Origin: Erythrobacteraceae bacterium
Lineage (GTDB): Bacteria > Pseudomonadota > Alphaproteobacteria > Sphingomonadales > Sphingomonadaceae
Assembly (NCBI GenBank): GCA_027486035.1
Contig: JAIXPX010000045.1
Location: forward strand, 22,101 to 86,100
Reading direction: 5' to 3'
DNA length: 64,000 nucleotides
Positions 37,180 to 47,562 of the stretch are shown in pieces. The notes under the pieces were generated by a model, which saw only the letters and a list, made by a program, of their open reading frames with translations, was not told the DNA's origin and did no database searches. The position numbers and the translations under genes are program-made. Positions within the stretch are counted from its first letter, which is position 1. Every line of letters starts with the position of its first letter.

Positions 37180-37652
37180 CGGCGGATTTCGGCGCGGCCG
37201 TCGGGGCCGTCGCCGCCATCGAAAAACCTGAGCTCGCCTTCAGGCTCGCCGCTTTCGCCGCGCACGACGCGTGCGAAGACCACCGTGCCGACGGGCTTGC
37301 CGGGCGTTCCGCCGCCGGGTCCGGCCACTCCGCTGATGGCGACCGCGACGTCTGCCCTCGAACGGTCGAGCGCCCCCTTGGCCATGGCCCAGACGCAAGC
37401 GATCGATACCGCGCCGAAGGTCTCGATGATATCGCGCGAGACGCCGAGCATCTCCATCTTCGCTTCGTTCGAATAGGTCACAAAGCCACGGTCAAGCACC
37501 GCCGAGGAGCCAGCGATCTCGGTGATGGCTCCCGCGACCAGGCCCCCGGTGCAGCTTTCGGCGGTGGCGAGCTTGCGTCCGATCGCCGCGTTGTCAGCGA
37601 CCACACGGGCCGCAAGCGCGGCGATATCGTCGGGCAGAAGCGAGAGCGACAT
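37140..37652 (-). CDS. CinA/PncC family nicotinamide-nucleotide amidohydrolase
   Basis: TAESCTGG, GFVTYSNEAK, GAVS, SGVAGPGGG. Confidence 0.92.
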   Translation of the reverse strand: MSLSLLPDDIAALAARVVADNAAIGRKLATAESCTGGLVAGAITEIAGSSAVLDRGFVTYSNEAKMEMLGVSRDIIETFGAVSIACVWAMAKGALDRSRADVAVAISGVAGPGGGTPGKPVGTVVFARVVRGESGEPEGELRFFDGGDGPDGRAEIRRQATLCALGLLLR

Positions 37653-37660
37653 GGGGCCGG

Positions 37661-38221
37661 TTACCGCTTGGCCGAGGTCTGTGCGGCCGTGCAGGTCGGC
37701 AGGGCCTGTTTCTCCGCGATATCGACCACGAAGGCGATCAGCCCGCCGACATTTTCGCGCGGAAGCGGGCTGATGAGCTCGAGGCCGCGTTCGATCTTGG
37801 TGCAGTCGGCCGGCCTGATCTCCTCGGCGATCGTCTGGCCGAGGAAGGCATCGACGAAGGGCCGCAGCGCGCCGTCGGGCATGGTGGCGATTATCGCTCC
37901 GATATTGGCGGCGCCCGGGTCCTCTCCATCGGCCTTCTTTGCAGCCACGATCTTGAACAACCGCAGGGCGCCGGACCAGGCCTTGTCCTGTCCCGTCCGG
38001 AACGGGGCGATGAAGGCATTTCCCTTGGTCGCCATGAAGCCGCTTCTGGCCAAGCGGTTGGTGCAGGCGGTCCGTGCCGCATCGAAAGCGATCGGCATGG
38101 CATAGAGGACGGCATCGGTGATGTCGGCGGGACCGAGACAGGCCTGTTGCTGCGCCTGCGCGGTCTGGGCCGTGGCAAGCCCGGCCAGAGCGATGACGGG
38201 AGCGATCACTGTCTTGATCAT
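37661..38221 (-). CDS. exported hypothetical protein
   Basis: signal peptide MIKTVIAPVIALAGLATAQTAQA; four Cys. Confidence 0.7.
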   Translation of the reverse strand: MIKTVIAPVIALAGLATAQTAQAQQQACLGPADITDAVLYAMPIAFDAARTACTNRLARSGFMATKGNAFIAPFRTGQDKAWSGALRLFKIVAAKKADGEDPGAANIGAIIATMPDGALRPFVDAFLGQTIAEEIRPADCTKIERGLELISPLPRENVGGLIAFVVDIAEKQALPTCTAAQTSAKR

Positions 38222-38232
38222 AGGTCTGTTCC

Positions 38233-39393
38233 TCAGGCGGCGAGAGTGACGAGCACGATGGCCTGTGCGGCGATCCCTTCGCCGCGGCCGGTAAAGCCGA
38301 GTTGCTCGGTGGTGGTGGCCTTGATGCTGACCGCTTCCTCGCCCAGGCCCATCAGGCGGGCCACTTCGGCGCGCATCGCGGGCCGGTGCGGTCCGATCTT
38401 GGGGGCCTCGCAGATCAGGGTGAGATCGACATTGGCGATGGCGTAGCCCGCGGCCCGGGCGAGACCCACCGCGTGTTCGAGGAACTGTCCCGAACGCGCA
38501 CCGCGCCATTGCGGATCGCTCGGCGGGAAGTGGGTGCCGATGTCGCCCTCTCCGACCGCGCCGAGCACCGCGTCGGTAATCGCGTGGAGCGCGACATCCG
38601 CGTCGGAATGGCCGGCAAGGCCCTTGTCATGCGGGATCAGGACGCCGCCGAGCCAGAGTTCCTCGCCTGGCACGAGGCGGTGGACGTCGAAGCCCTGTCC
38701 GATACGGAAGGCGGGTGCTGCGGCCATGTCGCCAAAATCCTCTGCAAAGGTGATCTTCTTCAGCCGCTCGTCGCCTGCGACGAGCGCAACAGCGCCCGCG
38801 TTGGCGATCAGCACCTGGGCGTCATCCCCCGCATCGGTGACGCCTTGCCAGGCCGCCTGCGCGGCGATGATTTCGGCAAAGCGGAAGGCTTGCGGGGTCT
38901 GGACCCGGCGCAAGGCATCGCGGTCGGCCTTGCCCGCCATGAAGCCTGCGGCGTCGGCAAGCGCGATGCTGTCCACCACCGGCAGCACCGGAATGGCACC
39001 CGGTGCCTGCTCGAGTGCCGCCAGCAGGCGAGCCATCACGCCGCGGGGCAGATCGGGGCGGGCGGCATCGTGGATCAGCACCTGACCGGGTGCTTGCGGT
39101 GCCAGTGCCTCCAGTCCGGCGCGCACCGAGTCCTGCCGGGTAGCGCCTCCGGTGACGAAGCGAAGGCCCTCAAGGCCGGCAAGGGCCTGTTCCGCGTGGC
39201 CGCGCGCATCAGCGGCGATCACCACCACCAACGGCTCCGCGCCCGCAGCAAGCAGGGCCTCGATCGAATGCCGGATCAGCGGCTTGCCGCGCCAGTTGCG
39301 GAATTGCTTGGGGGTGTCCCCGCCCACGCGCAGACCCTTTCCGGCCGCCACCACGATGGCAGCAAACGGGGGGAGGGCAGGTTCGGCGGACAT
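38233..39393 (-). CDS. ispDF: bifunctional IspD/IspF
   Basis: AAGKGLR..PKQF, IHDAARP, QTPQAF; RIGQGFDVH, GHSDADV. Confidence 0.95.
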   Translation of the reverse strand: MSAEPALPPFAAIVVAAGKGLRVGGDTPKQFRNWRGKPLIRHSIEALLAAGAEPLVVVIAADARGHAEQALAGLEGLRFVTGGATRQDSVRAGLEALAPQAPGQVLIHDAARPDLPRGVMARLLAALEQAPGAIPVLPVVDSIALADAAGFMAGKADRDALRRVQTPQAFRFAEIIAAQAAWQGVTDAGDDAQVLIANAGAVALVAGDERLKKITFAEDFGDMAAAPAFRIGQGFDVHRLVPGEELWLGGVLIPHDKGLAGHSDADVALHAITDAVLGAVGEGDIGTHFPPSDPQWRGARSGQFLEHAVGLARAAGYAIANVDLTLICEAPKIGPHRPAMRAEVARLMGLGEEAVSIKATTTEQLGFTGRGEGIAAQAIVLVTLAA

Positions 39394-39443
39394 CGCGGTT
39401 TCGCTTAGGGTCTGGACGGGCTTTCGGCAATCCACTATGCGCC

Positions 39444-39460
39444 TGCCCATATTTTAGGCA
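39444..39460. promoter_or_regulatory. putative NtrC binding site
   Basis: TGCCCATATTTTAGGCA = TGC-N11(AT-rich)-GCA just upstream of dusB-ntrBC. Confidence 0.55.
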
Positions 39461-39471
39461 TTGCCCCCGAC

Positions 39472-40488
39472 ATGACCATGCTCCCCTCTCCGCCGGCGCT
39501 GAAGCCGATTGCCATTGGTCCTGTTGTGGTGGCCGAGCCGGTGGTGCTTGCGCCGATGACCGGCGTCACCGACATGCCGTTCCGCACGCTGGTGCGCCGC
39601 TATGGCTCGGGGCTCAATGTCACCGAGATGGTGGCGAGCGAGGCGGCAATCCGCGAGACCCGCCAATCGGTGCAGAAGACCGCATGGGACCGGATCGAGG
39701 AGCCGGTCTCGATGCAGCTCGTCGGCTGCGATCCTTCGAGCATGGCCGAGGCCGCCAAGCTCCAGGAGGGCAACGGCGCCGCGATCATCGACATCAATTT
39801 CGGTTGCCCGGTACGCAAGGTGGTCGGCCAGTTCGCTGGTTCGGCGCTGATGCGCGAGGTGCCGCTCGCGGTGCGGTTGATGGAAGCGACCGTCAAGGCG
39901 GTGAAGGTGCCGGTCACGGTCAAGATGCGGATGGGCTGGGATCACAACAGCCTCAATGCCCCCGAGCTTGCCCGCATGGCCGAAGACCTCGGCGTGCAGA
40001 TGATCACCGTCCATGGCCGCACCCGCAACCAGATGTACAAGGGCAGCGCAGACTGGGCCTTCGTCCGCAAGGTGAAGGAGGCGGTCAGCATACCGGTCAT
40101 CGTCAACGGCGACATCTGCACCATCGAGGATGCGGCGAAGGCGCTTGAGCAATCGGGCGCGGACGGGCTGATGATCGGGCGGGGGGCCTATGGCAAGCCG
40201 TGGCTGCTGGGCCAGGTCATGCACTGGTGGCGCACCGGTGAGGCCCGGGCGACGCCGGGCATCGACGAGCAATACGGGCTCGTCGTCGAGCACTACAACC
40301 GGATGCTCGAACACTACGGGCGCGACACGGGCGTGAAGATGGCGAGGAAGCACCTGGGGTGGTACACCAAGGGGCTCCACGGCTCGGCCGAGTTCCGCAA
40401 CCAGGTCAATTTCATCGATGATGCGCGCCAGGTGCTTGGCGAGATCGAGCGCTTTTATGCCCCCTTCCTGATGCAGCAGGCGGCCTGA
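39472..40488 (+). CDS. dusB: tRNA dihydrouridine synthase DusB (NifR3)
   Basis: [30 protein letters not shown]. Confidence 0.95.
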   Translation: MTMLPSPPALKPIAIGPVVVAEPVVLAPMTGVTDMPFRTLVRRYGSGLNVTEMVASEAAIRETRQSVQKTAWDRIEEPVSMQLVGCDPSSMAEAAKLQEGNGAAIIDINFGCPVRKVVGQFAGSALMREVPLAVRLMEATVKAVKVPVTVKMRMGWDHNSLNAPELARMAEDLGVQMITVHGRTRNQMYKGSADWAFVRKVKEAVSIPVIVNGDICTIEDAAKALEQSGADGLMIGRGAYGKPWLLGQVMHWWRTGEARATPGIDEQYGLVVEHYNRMLEHYGRDTGVKMARKHLGWYTKGLHGSAEFRNQVNFIDDARQVLGEIERFYAPFLMQQAA

Positions 40489-40491
40489 GGC

Positions 40492-41607
40492 GTGGCGAGC
40501 TTGCCGAGCGAGCGCGACGAAGGGCGCCCCGATGCCCGTGCTCAGCTGGCCGGCCTCATTTTCGCGCTCGTGCTGATCGATCCCGAGGGGCGCATCGCCG
40601 AGGTCAACCATGCGGCCGAGGATCTGCTCGGTACCAGCGCCAGCCGGCTCGTCGGCACGCGGTTGATCGACCGCATCGGGCCGATCGATCCGCGCGTTGA
40701 AGCGCGACTCGGAGTCAGCGACGAGGCACTGGTTGCACGTGATCTTGCCATCAGGGTGGGGCGACGCGAGGCACGCGTTAATCTGACGGCTTCGCCGCTG
40801 GGAGGGTTCCCGGGCTGGCAGGTGGTTACCCTGTCGCAGATCGGCCATGACGAGGGCGGGCCGGCGGCAGGCGAGGCGATGCTGGGCGCTCCGGCGGTTC
40901 TGGCCCACGAGATCAAGAACCCGCTCGCCGCGATCCGCGGGGCAGGCCAGCTCGCCGCCCGCAAGCTGCCCCACGCCGACAAGAAACTCGCCCGGATGAT
41001 CACCGACGAGGTCGATCGAATTGCACGTCTTATTGACCGGATGCAGCAGCTCGGCAGCACCCGCCCGGGGCCGGTCGACTCTTGCAACCCGCATGAGGCC
41101 ATCCGTGCGGCTGTCGCCACGGTGCGGGCGGGCTGCGACGAGGCCAGCCCGATCGAGATCCGCGAGGAGTTCGATCCCTCGCTCCCGCCGGTTCTCGCCA
41201 ATCGCGATGCGCTCGAGCAGGTGCTGATCAACCTCATCTCCAACGCCCGCGATGCAGCGATCTTGCAGGGCGGCACGCACAGCGGCGGGCCGAGGCGGGA
41301 GGGCCTGATCATCGTCCAGACCCGCTTTGTCAGCGGCCTTGCCTTCAGCGCGATCCGCAATGGCCGTGCGGTGCCATTGCCGATCGAGATCACCGTCTCG
41401 GATAACGGCGCGGGGGTCGATGCGGCTCTGCGCGATCACGTGTTCGAGCCCTTCGTTTCCTCGAAGCCATCGGGTCAGGGCCTGGGCTTGCCGCTGGTTC
41501 GCAAACTGGTGCGCGACATGAACGGAAATGTCAGCCACGACCGCGACCAGCGCAGCGGGCTCACCAACTTCCGCCTGCATCTCCCGCAGGCGCCCGATCA
41601 GAGCTGA
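40492..41607 (+). CDS. ntrB: nitrogen regulation sensor kinase NtrB
   Basis: PAS domain, LAHEIKNPL..IRGAGQL, FDPSLP, GLGL. Confidence 0.88.
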   Translation: MASLPSERDEGRPDARAQLAGLIFALVLIDPEGRIAEVNHAAEDLLGTSASRLVGTRLIDRIGPIDPRVEARLGVSDEALVARDLAIRVGRREARVNLTASPLGGFPGWQVVTLSQIGHDEGGPAAGEAMLGAPAVLAHEIKNPLAAIRGAGQLAARKLPHADKKLARMITDEVDRIARLIDRMQQLGSTRPGPVDSCNPHEAIRAAVATVRAGCDEASPIEIREEFDPSLPPVLANRDALEQVLINLISNARDAAILQGGTHSGGPRREGLIIVQTRFVSGLAFSAIRNGRAVPLPIEITVSDNGAGVDAALRDHVFEPFVSSKPSGQGLGLPLVRKLVRDMNGNVSHDRDQRSGLTNFRLHLPQAPDQS

Positions 41608-41611
41608 CACC

Positions 41612-43057
41612 ATGCCTGCACCAGCGACCGATCCGATCCTGCTTGTCGAGGATGATGCCGCAATCGCGACGGTGATCGTCGCCGCGCTCGAGGACGAGGG
41701 CTTTGCCATCGCCCATTGCACCAGCATCGCGGCACGCGACCGGCAGCTTGCTGCGCGCCGCTTTGCCGTCATGCTCACCGATGTGATCCTCGAGGACGGG
41801 GATGGCCTCGCCAGCCTTGCCGCGGTCCGCGAGCGCGCGCCCGACATGCCGGTGATCGTGCTGTCGGCGCAGAACACACTCGATACGGCAGTCAGGGCGA
41901 GCGAGAGCGAAGCCTTCGAGTATTTCCCCAAGCCCTTCGATCTTGACGAGCTGGTCCACGCCGTGCGCCAGGCGGCCGGCGCCCGCGCACCGCTGGACGA
42001 CGAGAGTGGCGCCTCTCTGCCCGGGGGTGAAAGCGAAAAGATGCCGTTGGTCGGCCGTAGCCCGGCCATGCAGGGCGTCTACCGGATGATCACGCGCGTG
42101 CTGCGCAATGATCTCACCGTGCTCGTCACCGGTGAAAGCGGGACCGGCAAGGAACTGGTCGCCGAGGCGATCCATGAACTCGGCAACCGCCGTACGGGCC
42201 CGTTCGTGGCCGTCAATACCGCGGCGATCCCGGCAGATCTGGTCGAAAGCGAGCTGTTCGGGCACGAGAAAGGCGCCTTCACCGGTGCCATCGCTCAGGC
42301 AATCGGCAAGTTCGAGCAGGCAAACGGTGGCACTCTCTTCCTCGATGAGATCGGTGACATGCCGGCCGAGGCCCAGACCCGGCTGCTGCGCGCCTTGCAA
42401 TCGGGTCGCATCCGGCGCGTCGGCGGGCGGCAGGAGATCGCGGTCAATGTTCGCATCATCGCCGCGACCAACCGCGATCTCACTCCCATGATCGCGTCAG
42501 GCACTTTCCGCGAGGACCTGTTCTACCGGCTCAATGTGGTGCCGATCCTGTTGCCGCCCTTGCGCGAGCGGCGCGAGGATATCGCCGCGCTGGCGCAACA
42601 TTTCCTGATGCTCGCGGCCGAGGACGGCTTGCCACGGCGCGTGATCGCCGCCGATGCGATCGAGCAGCTCGAGCAGCGCAGCTGGCGCGGCAATGTCCGC
42701 GAGCTGCGCAATGTTGTCTATCGCCTTGCGCTGATGGCACGCGAAGAGCGGATCGACGCCGATGCGGTCAATGACATCATCGGCCCGGAAATCATGCCGC
42801 CGAACCATGGTGCAGGGGAAGGGCAGGGGGGCTTCGGTGCAGCTCTGGCGGGCTGGCTGGCCGCCGAATCTCCGCCTTCCGGCGCCGTCTACCACCGGGC
42901 GCTGGCAGCCTTCGAGAAGCCGCTGATCGAATATGCGCTGGGTCGCACGGGCGGCAACCAGCTCCGCGCCGCGCAGCTCCTCGGCATCAATCGCAACACG
43001 CTGCGCAAGCGGATTGGGGAGCTGGGACTGGATCCCGACCGCTTTTCGACAACCTGA
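41612..43057 (+). CDS. ntrC: nitrogen regulation response regulator NtrC
   Basis: receiver domain, GESGTGKE, ESELFGHEKGAFTGA, LGINRNTLRK HTH. Confidence 0.92.
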   Translation: MPAPATDPILLVEDDAAIATVIVAALEDEGFAIAHCTSIAARDRQLAARRFAVMLTDVILEDGDGLASLAAVRERAPDMPVIVLSAQNTLDTAVRASESEAFEYFPKPFDLDELVHAVRQAAGARAPLDDESGASLPGGESEKMPLVGRSPAMQGVYRMITRVLRNDLTVLVTGESGTGKELVAEAIHELGNRRTGPFVAVNTAAIPADLVESELFGHEKGAFTGAIAQAIGKFEQANGGTLFLDEIGDMPAEAQTRLLRALQSGRIRRVGGRQEIAVNVRIIAATNRDLTPMIASGTFREDLFYRLNVVPILLPPLRERREDIAALAQHFLMLAAEDGLPRRVIAADAIEQLEQRSWRGNVRELRNVVYRLALMAREERIDADAVNDIIGPEIMPPNHGAGEGQGGFGAALAGWLAAESPPSGAVYHRALAAFEKPLIEYALGRTGGNQLRAAQLLGINRNTLRKRIGELGLDPDRFSTT

Positions 43058-43129
43058 CGTCGCTGCGGGGCAGCCTTTCGTCAGATTGCGCTTGCAAATC
43101 TGCCACACCATTGTTGTAAAGTGGCAACG

Positions 43130-45370
43130 ATGGAGCAATCCCGGCCGCCTGCCTTTCCTCTCTTCCAGCGCCAGTCGCCGCGCTGGTGGCGACGCTTCAT
43201 GATCGCGGCGCGGCGAGCCAACATCTTCATGTGGCTGGAAGGTATCGCCGTGACGGCCCTGCTGGCTGCGGTGGTTGCGACCTGGTCCGCCTATGGGCGT
43301 TCGGCGGCACCCGACGATCTGTTGCCGACGATTCAGGTATCGGCCTTGCTGATGGCCACACTGGTGCCGGCGATGATGCTGCTGGTGCTGATCGGACGCC
43401 GCCTTGCCCTGCGCCGCGCAGCGGGAAGCACAGCCCGTCTGCACGTCCGGCTCGTATTCTTTTTCTCGATGGTCGCAGCGGTCCCGACGTTGCTGGTCGC
43501 CGGCTTTGCCGCATTCCTGTTCCAGTTCGGGGTCGATTTCTGGTTCTCCGACCAGTCGCGCGGGCTGATGGAGAACGCGAATGCGCTGGCCAAGAACTAC
43601 TATGACGCGAACCAGCGCGGGGTCGAACAGAACACCATCACCATGGCCACCGACATGCGCGACATCCTGTCGCGGGTGCCGATCACCGACCCCGACTTTC
43701 CCGACTTCTATGCCTATCAGGCCCAGGCACGCGAGATTTCCGAGAGCGCGGTGCTTCAGAGGATGCCGGACGGCTCGTTTCGCACCGCGGTCGCGCTGAA
43801 CCTTTCCCGGGACAACAGCCCGCTGGCCTTCAGCCGCGCCGCGCTACCCCGGCTCGATCGCGGCGAGCTTGCGGTGGTCATAGGCAGCCCCGAGCGGATC
43901 GAGGCGCTTGTGCCGATCGACTCCCAGTCGGGCGTTTATCTCTACAACGCTCGCACCACCGAGGAGACGATGTTCAACTCCTGGTCGCGCGCGCAGTCGA
44001 TCGTTACCGCCTATGACCGGCTGACCGGAAGCGCGCGGACGCTCCAGCTGCGCTTCAATATCGCTCTGGTGGCGGTCAGTCTGCTGCTTGTGGGTCTCGC
44101 GATCTGGTTCGGACTGCGCTTTGCGGATCGCCAGGTCGAACCGCTCACCGATCTCGTTGGCGCGGCCCGGAAGGTGGGGCAGGGCAACTTCGCGCTCAGG
44201 CTCGAGGGGCGCACCGGGGCGGACGAGATTGGTCTGCTCAACCGGGCCTTCAACCGGATGACCGCGCAGCTCGAAAAGCAGACCCAGGCGCTGGTCAATG
44301 CCAACCGCCAGATCGATGACCGCCGCGCCTTCACCGAAGCCGTGCTCGAATCCGTGACGGCAGGGGTTGTCTCCATCGACGCCGAAACCCGCGTCACGCT
44401 GGTGAATTCTTCCGCCCAGGCCCTGCTCGCCCCGCCGGACGCAGGCGAGGGCGCCGAGAGCCTTACGGGACAAGCGCTCGAGACCCTCGCGCCCGAGCTC
44501 GGGCGGGTTATCGCCGAGGGTAAGGAGCGGGCGGTCGTCACCCATGCCAAGGGCACCGAGATCCTCACTCTTGCGGTCAAGGTCGCACCGGGAACCGGGG
44601 GTGGGCACGTGATCACCTTCGAGGACATCACCCGCCAACTGCTCGACCAGCGCCAGGCCGCCTGGTCCGATGTGGCGCGGCGGATCGCGCACGAGATCAA
44701 GAACCCGCTCACCCCGATCCAGCTTGCGACCGAGCGCCTCAAGCGCCGCTACCGCACCCAGGTGGGCGACGAGGGCCGGGCGCTGTTCGACGAGCTGACC
44801 AGTACGATCGTGCGGCAGGTGGGGGGTTTGCGCAAGATGGTCGACGAGTTCTCCTCCTTTGCCCGCCTGCCCAAGCCGGTGTTCCGCGATGAGGATGCAC
44901 TCGATCTCGTGCGGCAGGCCGTGTTCCTTCAGGAAGTGGCCCATGCGGGGATTGCCTTCACGGTGAGCTCTGCCGAACTGATCGATCGCGAGGTGCGTTG
45001 CGACCGCCACCAGTTCGGTCAAGCCATGACCAACGTGCTCAAGAACGCCGTCGAGGCGGTCGAGGCCCGGGCTGCCGAGGCCAAGGGCGCCTATGCCGGC
45101 GAGATTGCCGTGACGATGCGCGATGCGGGCGAGGCTGTTGTCATCACCATCGAGGATAACGGCGTGGGACTGCCCGCCAACCCCGAGCGGCTCACCCAGC
45201 CTTATGTCACCACGCGCGAGAAGGGCACGGGCCTCGGTCTTGCGATCGTCAACAAGATTGTCGACGAGCACTGCGGCGACATGAGCTTTGCCAGCGCGCC
45301 GAGCGGGGGAACCCGCGTCACCTTGCGTTTTGCCCGCAACCCCGTTCCCGTTGAAGGCGCCGGCGCATGA
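43130..45370 (+). CDS. ntrY: sensor histidine kinase NtrY
   Basis: TM segments, HAMP, PAS, AWSDVARRIAHEIKNPLTPIQL. Confidence 0.92.
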   Translation: MEQSRPPAFPLFQRQSPRWWRRFMIAARRANIFMWLEGIAVTALLAAVVATWSAYGRSAAPDDLLPTIQVSALLMATLVPAMMLLVLIGRRLALRRAAGSTARLHVRLVFFFSMVAAVPTLLVAGFAAFLFQFGVDFWFSDQSRGLMENANALAKNYYDANQRGVEQNTITMATDMRDILSRVPITDPDFPDFYAYQAQAREISESAVLQRMPDGSFRTAVALNLSRDNSPLAFSRAALPRLDRGELAVVIGSPERIEALVPIDSQSGVYLYNARTTEETMFNSWSRAQSIVTAYDRLTGSARTLQLRFNIALVAVSLLLVGLAIWFGLRFADRQVEPLTDLVGAARKVGQGNFALRLEGRTGADEIGLLNRAFNRMTAQLEKQTQALVNANRQIDDRRAFTEAVLESVTAGVVSIDAETRVTLVNSSAQALLAPPDAGEGAESLTGQALETLAPELGRVIAEGKERAVVTHAKGTEILTLAVKVAPGTGGGHVITFEDITRQLLDQRQAAWSDVARRIAHEIKNPLTPIQLATERLKRRYRTQVGDEGRALFDELTSTIVRQVGGLRKMVDEFSSFARLPKPVFRDEDALDLVRQAVFLQEVAHAGIAFTVSSAELIDREVRCDRHQFGQAMTNVLKNAVEAVEARAAEAKGAYAGEIAVTMRDAGEAVVITIEDNGVGLPANPERLTQPYVTTREKGTGLGLAIVNKIVDEHCGDMSFASAPSGGTRVTLRFARNPVPVEGAGA

Positions 45371-45413
45371 CGCCTGCCGCCACCATTGAAACCCAAGTCG
45401 AAGGACACGCCCG

Positions 45414-46796
45414 ATGGCGCTCGAAATCCTGATCGTCGATGATGAACGCGACATCCGTGAACTGGTGGCCGGGGTGCTCGGCGACGAAGGCTATGCGTGC
45501 CGCACCGCTGCGGATAGCACCGAGGCGCTTGCCGCGATCGATGAACGGCGCCCCTCGCTGGTGCTGCTCGACGTGTGGCTGCACGGCAGCCAGATGGACG
45601 GCCTCGAACTGCTCGATGCGATCAAGGCGCGCGAGCCGAACCTTCCGGTGATCATCTTCTCCGGCCACGGCAATATCGACACTGCGGTTGCCGCGGTCGG
45701 CCGCGGGGCGATGGACTTCATCGAAAAGCCCTTCGAGGCCGAGCGCCTGCTGCTGCTGGTGGAGCGCGCGACCGAGACGGAACGGTTGCGGCGCGAGAAC
45801 TCGCGGCTGCGCGAAGGGAGCTGGGGGAGCGCCGAATTCACTGGCAACTCTGCAGCGATCAACAGCGTGCGCGCCACGCTCAAGCGCGTGGCCAGCACTG
45901 GTAGCCGGGTTCTCATTTCGGGCCCTGCCGGTGCGGGCAAGGAAGTTGCGGCGCGGCTGCTTCATGCCTGGAGCGCGCGATCGACCGGTGCCTTCGTGCT
46001 CGTCAATTCGGCGCGCATAACGCCGGAGCGTTTCGAGCAGGAGCTGTTCGGGGAGGAAGTGAACGGCCAGCAGGTGCGCCCCGGCCTTCTCGAGATGGCC
46101 GACGGCGGCACGCTCTACCTCGACGAGATCGCGGACATGCCGCTGTCCACCCAGGCCCGCATCCTGAGGGTGCTGACGGATCAGAGCTTCGTGCGCGTCG
46201 GCGGCACGCGGCAGATCGGCGTGGATGTGCGGGTCGTCTCGTCGACCACGCGCGATCTCAATGTCGAAATGGCCGAGAAGCGCTTCCGTGAGGACCTGTT
46301 CTATCGGCTGAATGTGGTTCCAGTGACAATCCCTTCGCTCTCCCAGCGGCGCGAGGACATCCCGGCTCTGGCCGAACATTTCTTCACCCGCTATTCCAAC
46401 GACCAGGGACTGTCTCCGCCGGAGATTGCCAGCGAGGCGATGGCGGCGCTGCAGGCCTATGACTGGCCAGGCAACGTGCGCCAGTTGCGCAATGTCGTGG
46501 AGCGCACGATCATCATGACTCCGCGCGAACGGCTCGGCGTTGTCGAGCCTGACATGCTGCCGCCGGAGATCATCGGCGGGCAAATCGGGCTGGCCAGCGA
46601 CAATCTGTCCGCAATCATGGGGGTGCCCCTGCGCGAGGCACGGGTCAGCTTCGAGCGGGAGTATCTCTCGATTCAGATCCGGCGCTTCTCGGGCAATATC
46701 TCCAGGACAGCGAGCTTCATCGGCATGGAGCGGTCCGCCTTGCACCGCAAGCTGAAGTTGCTGGGCATGGCGGACCGGCGCGACGACGAGGATTGA
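45414..46796 (+). CDS. ntrX: response regulator NtrX
   Basis: LLDVWL receiver, AAA+ domain lacking GAFTGA, GMERSALHRKLK. Confidence 0.93.
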   Translation: MALEILIVDDERDIRELVAGVLGDEGYACRTAADSTEALAAIDERRPSLVLLDVWLHGSQMDGLELLDAIKAREPNLPVIIFSGHGNIDTAVAAVGRGAMDFIEKPFEAERLLLLVERATETERLRRENSRLREGSWGSAEFTGNSAAINSVRATLKRVASTGSRVLISGPAGAGKEVAARLLHAWSARSTGAFVLVNSARITPERFEQELFGEEVNGQQVRPGLLEMADGGTLYLDEIADMPLSTQARILRVLTDQSFVRVGGTRQIGVDVRVVSSTTRDLNVEMAEKRFREDLFYRLNVVPVTIPSLSQRREDIPALAEHFFTRYSNDQGLSPPEIASEAMAALQAYDWPGNVRQLRNVVERTIIMTPRERLGVVEPDMLPPEIIGGQIGLASDNLSAIMGVPLREARVSFEREYLSIQIRRFSGNISRTASFIGMERSALHRKLKLLGMADRRDDED

Positions 46797-46954
46797 CGCG
46801 CTCGCGCCGAGCCGAGGGCAATGGCTCAATTGCAGCCTTGTCGCGCGCGGCTTGAGAGGCCATTATGGCGATCCCACGCTGCCCGGGTTTGCGGGCAGCC
46901 GGATACCTGCGGACCGAAACATAAGCCGGCCGCCAAAAACAAGGAGCTTCGACC

Positions 46955-47536
46955 ATGTCCAGCGGGCGCACGCTCTCCCCTCGTCCGATCACTCGGGCCA
47001 CGCCGCAGGCCGATCCGGACGGCAAGCGCGACGCACCGGCCAATCGTCAGGCCAATCTTCAGGACGCTTTCCTGAACCTGCTGCGCAAGAACAAGATCCC
47101 GGTCACCATGTTCCTTGTGAAGGGCGTGAAGCTGCAGGGAATTGTGACGTGGTTCGACAATTTCTCGATCCTGCTGCGCCGCGACGGTCAGTCCCAATTG
47201 GTCTACAAGCACGCGATCAGCACGATCATGCCCGGCCATTCGCTTGATCCTGCCCAGTTCGCCAACGGGTCCGGCGGGCGCAAGCAGAAACAGCTTCAGG
47301 ATGTCTTCCTGAGCCGCGTTGCCGAAGCCGAGGTTCAGGTGACGATGTTCCTTGTGAACGGTGTGATGCTGCAAGGGCGTATCGCCGCCTACGACCTGTT
47401 CTGCATGCTGCTCGAGCGCGATGGCGCGGTGCAGCTCGCTTATAAGCATGCCGTCTCCACCATCCAGCCCGTCTCGCCCGTCGACCTGAGTGTCGATGAC
47501 GAGGATGAGGGCGAACACGACGGGACAGAAGACTGA
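46955..47536 (+). CDS. hfq: RNA chaperone Hfq with two tandem Sm domains
   Basis: two copies of LQD.FL...FLV.GV.LQG...YKHA.STI.P. Confidence 0.95.
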   Translation: MSSGRTLSPRPITRATPQADPDGKRDAPANRQANLQDAFLNLLRKNKIPVTMFLVKGVKLQGIVTWFDNFSILLRRDGQSQLVYKHAISTIMPGHSLDPAQFANGSGGRKQKQLQDVFLSRVAEAEVQVTMFLVNGVMLQGRIAAYDLFCMLLERDGAVQLAYKHAVSTIQPVSPVDLSVDDEDEGEHDGTED

Positions 47537-47562
47537 GCTTCGACAGCGACCTTCAGGACGAG

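Noticed and set aside
43101-43126. TGCCAC..GTGGCA inverted repeat before ntrY
   Set aside because: Could be a regulator site, but the arms are short and I cannot match them to a defined consensus.
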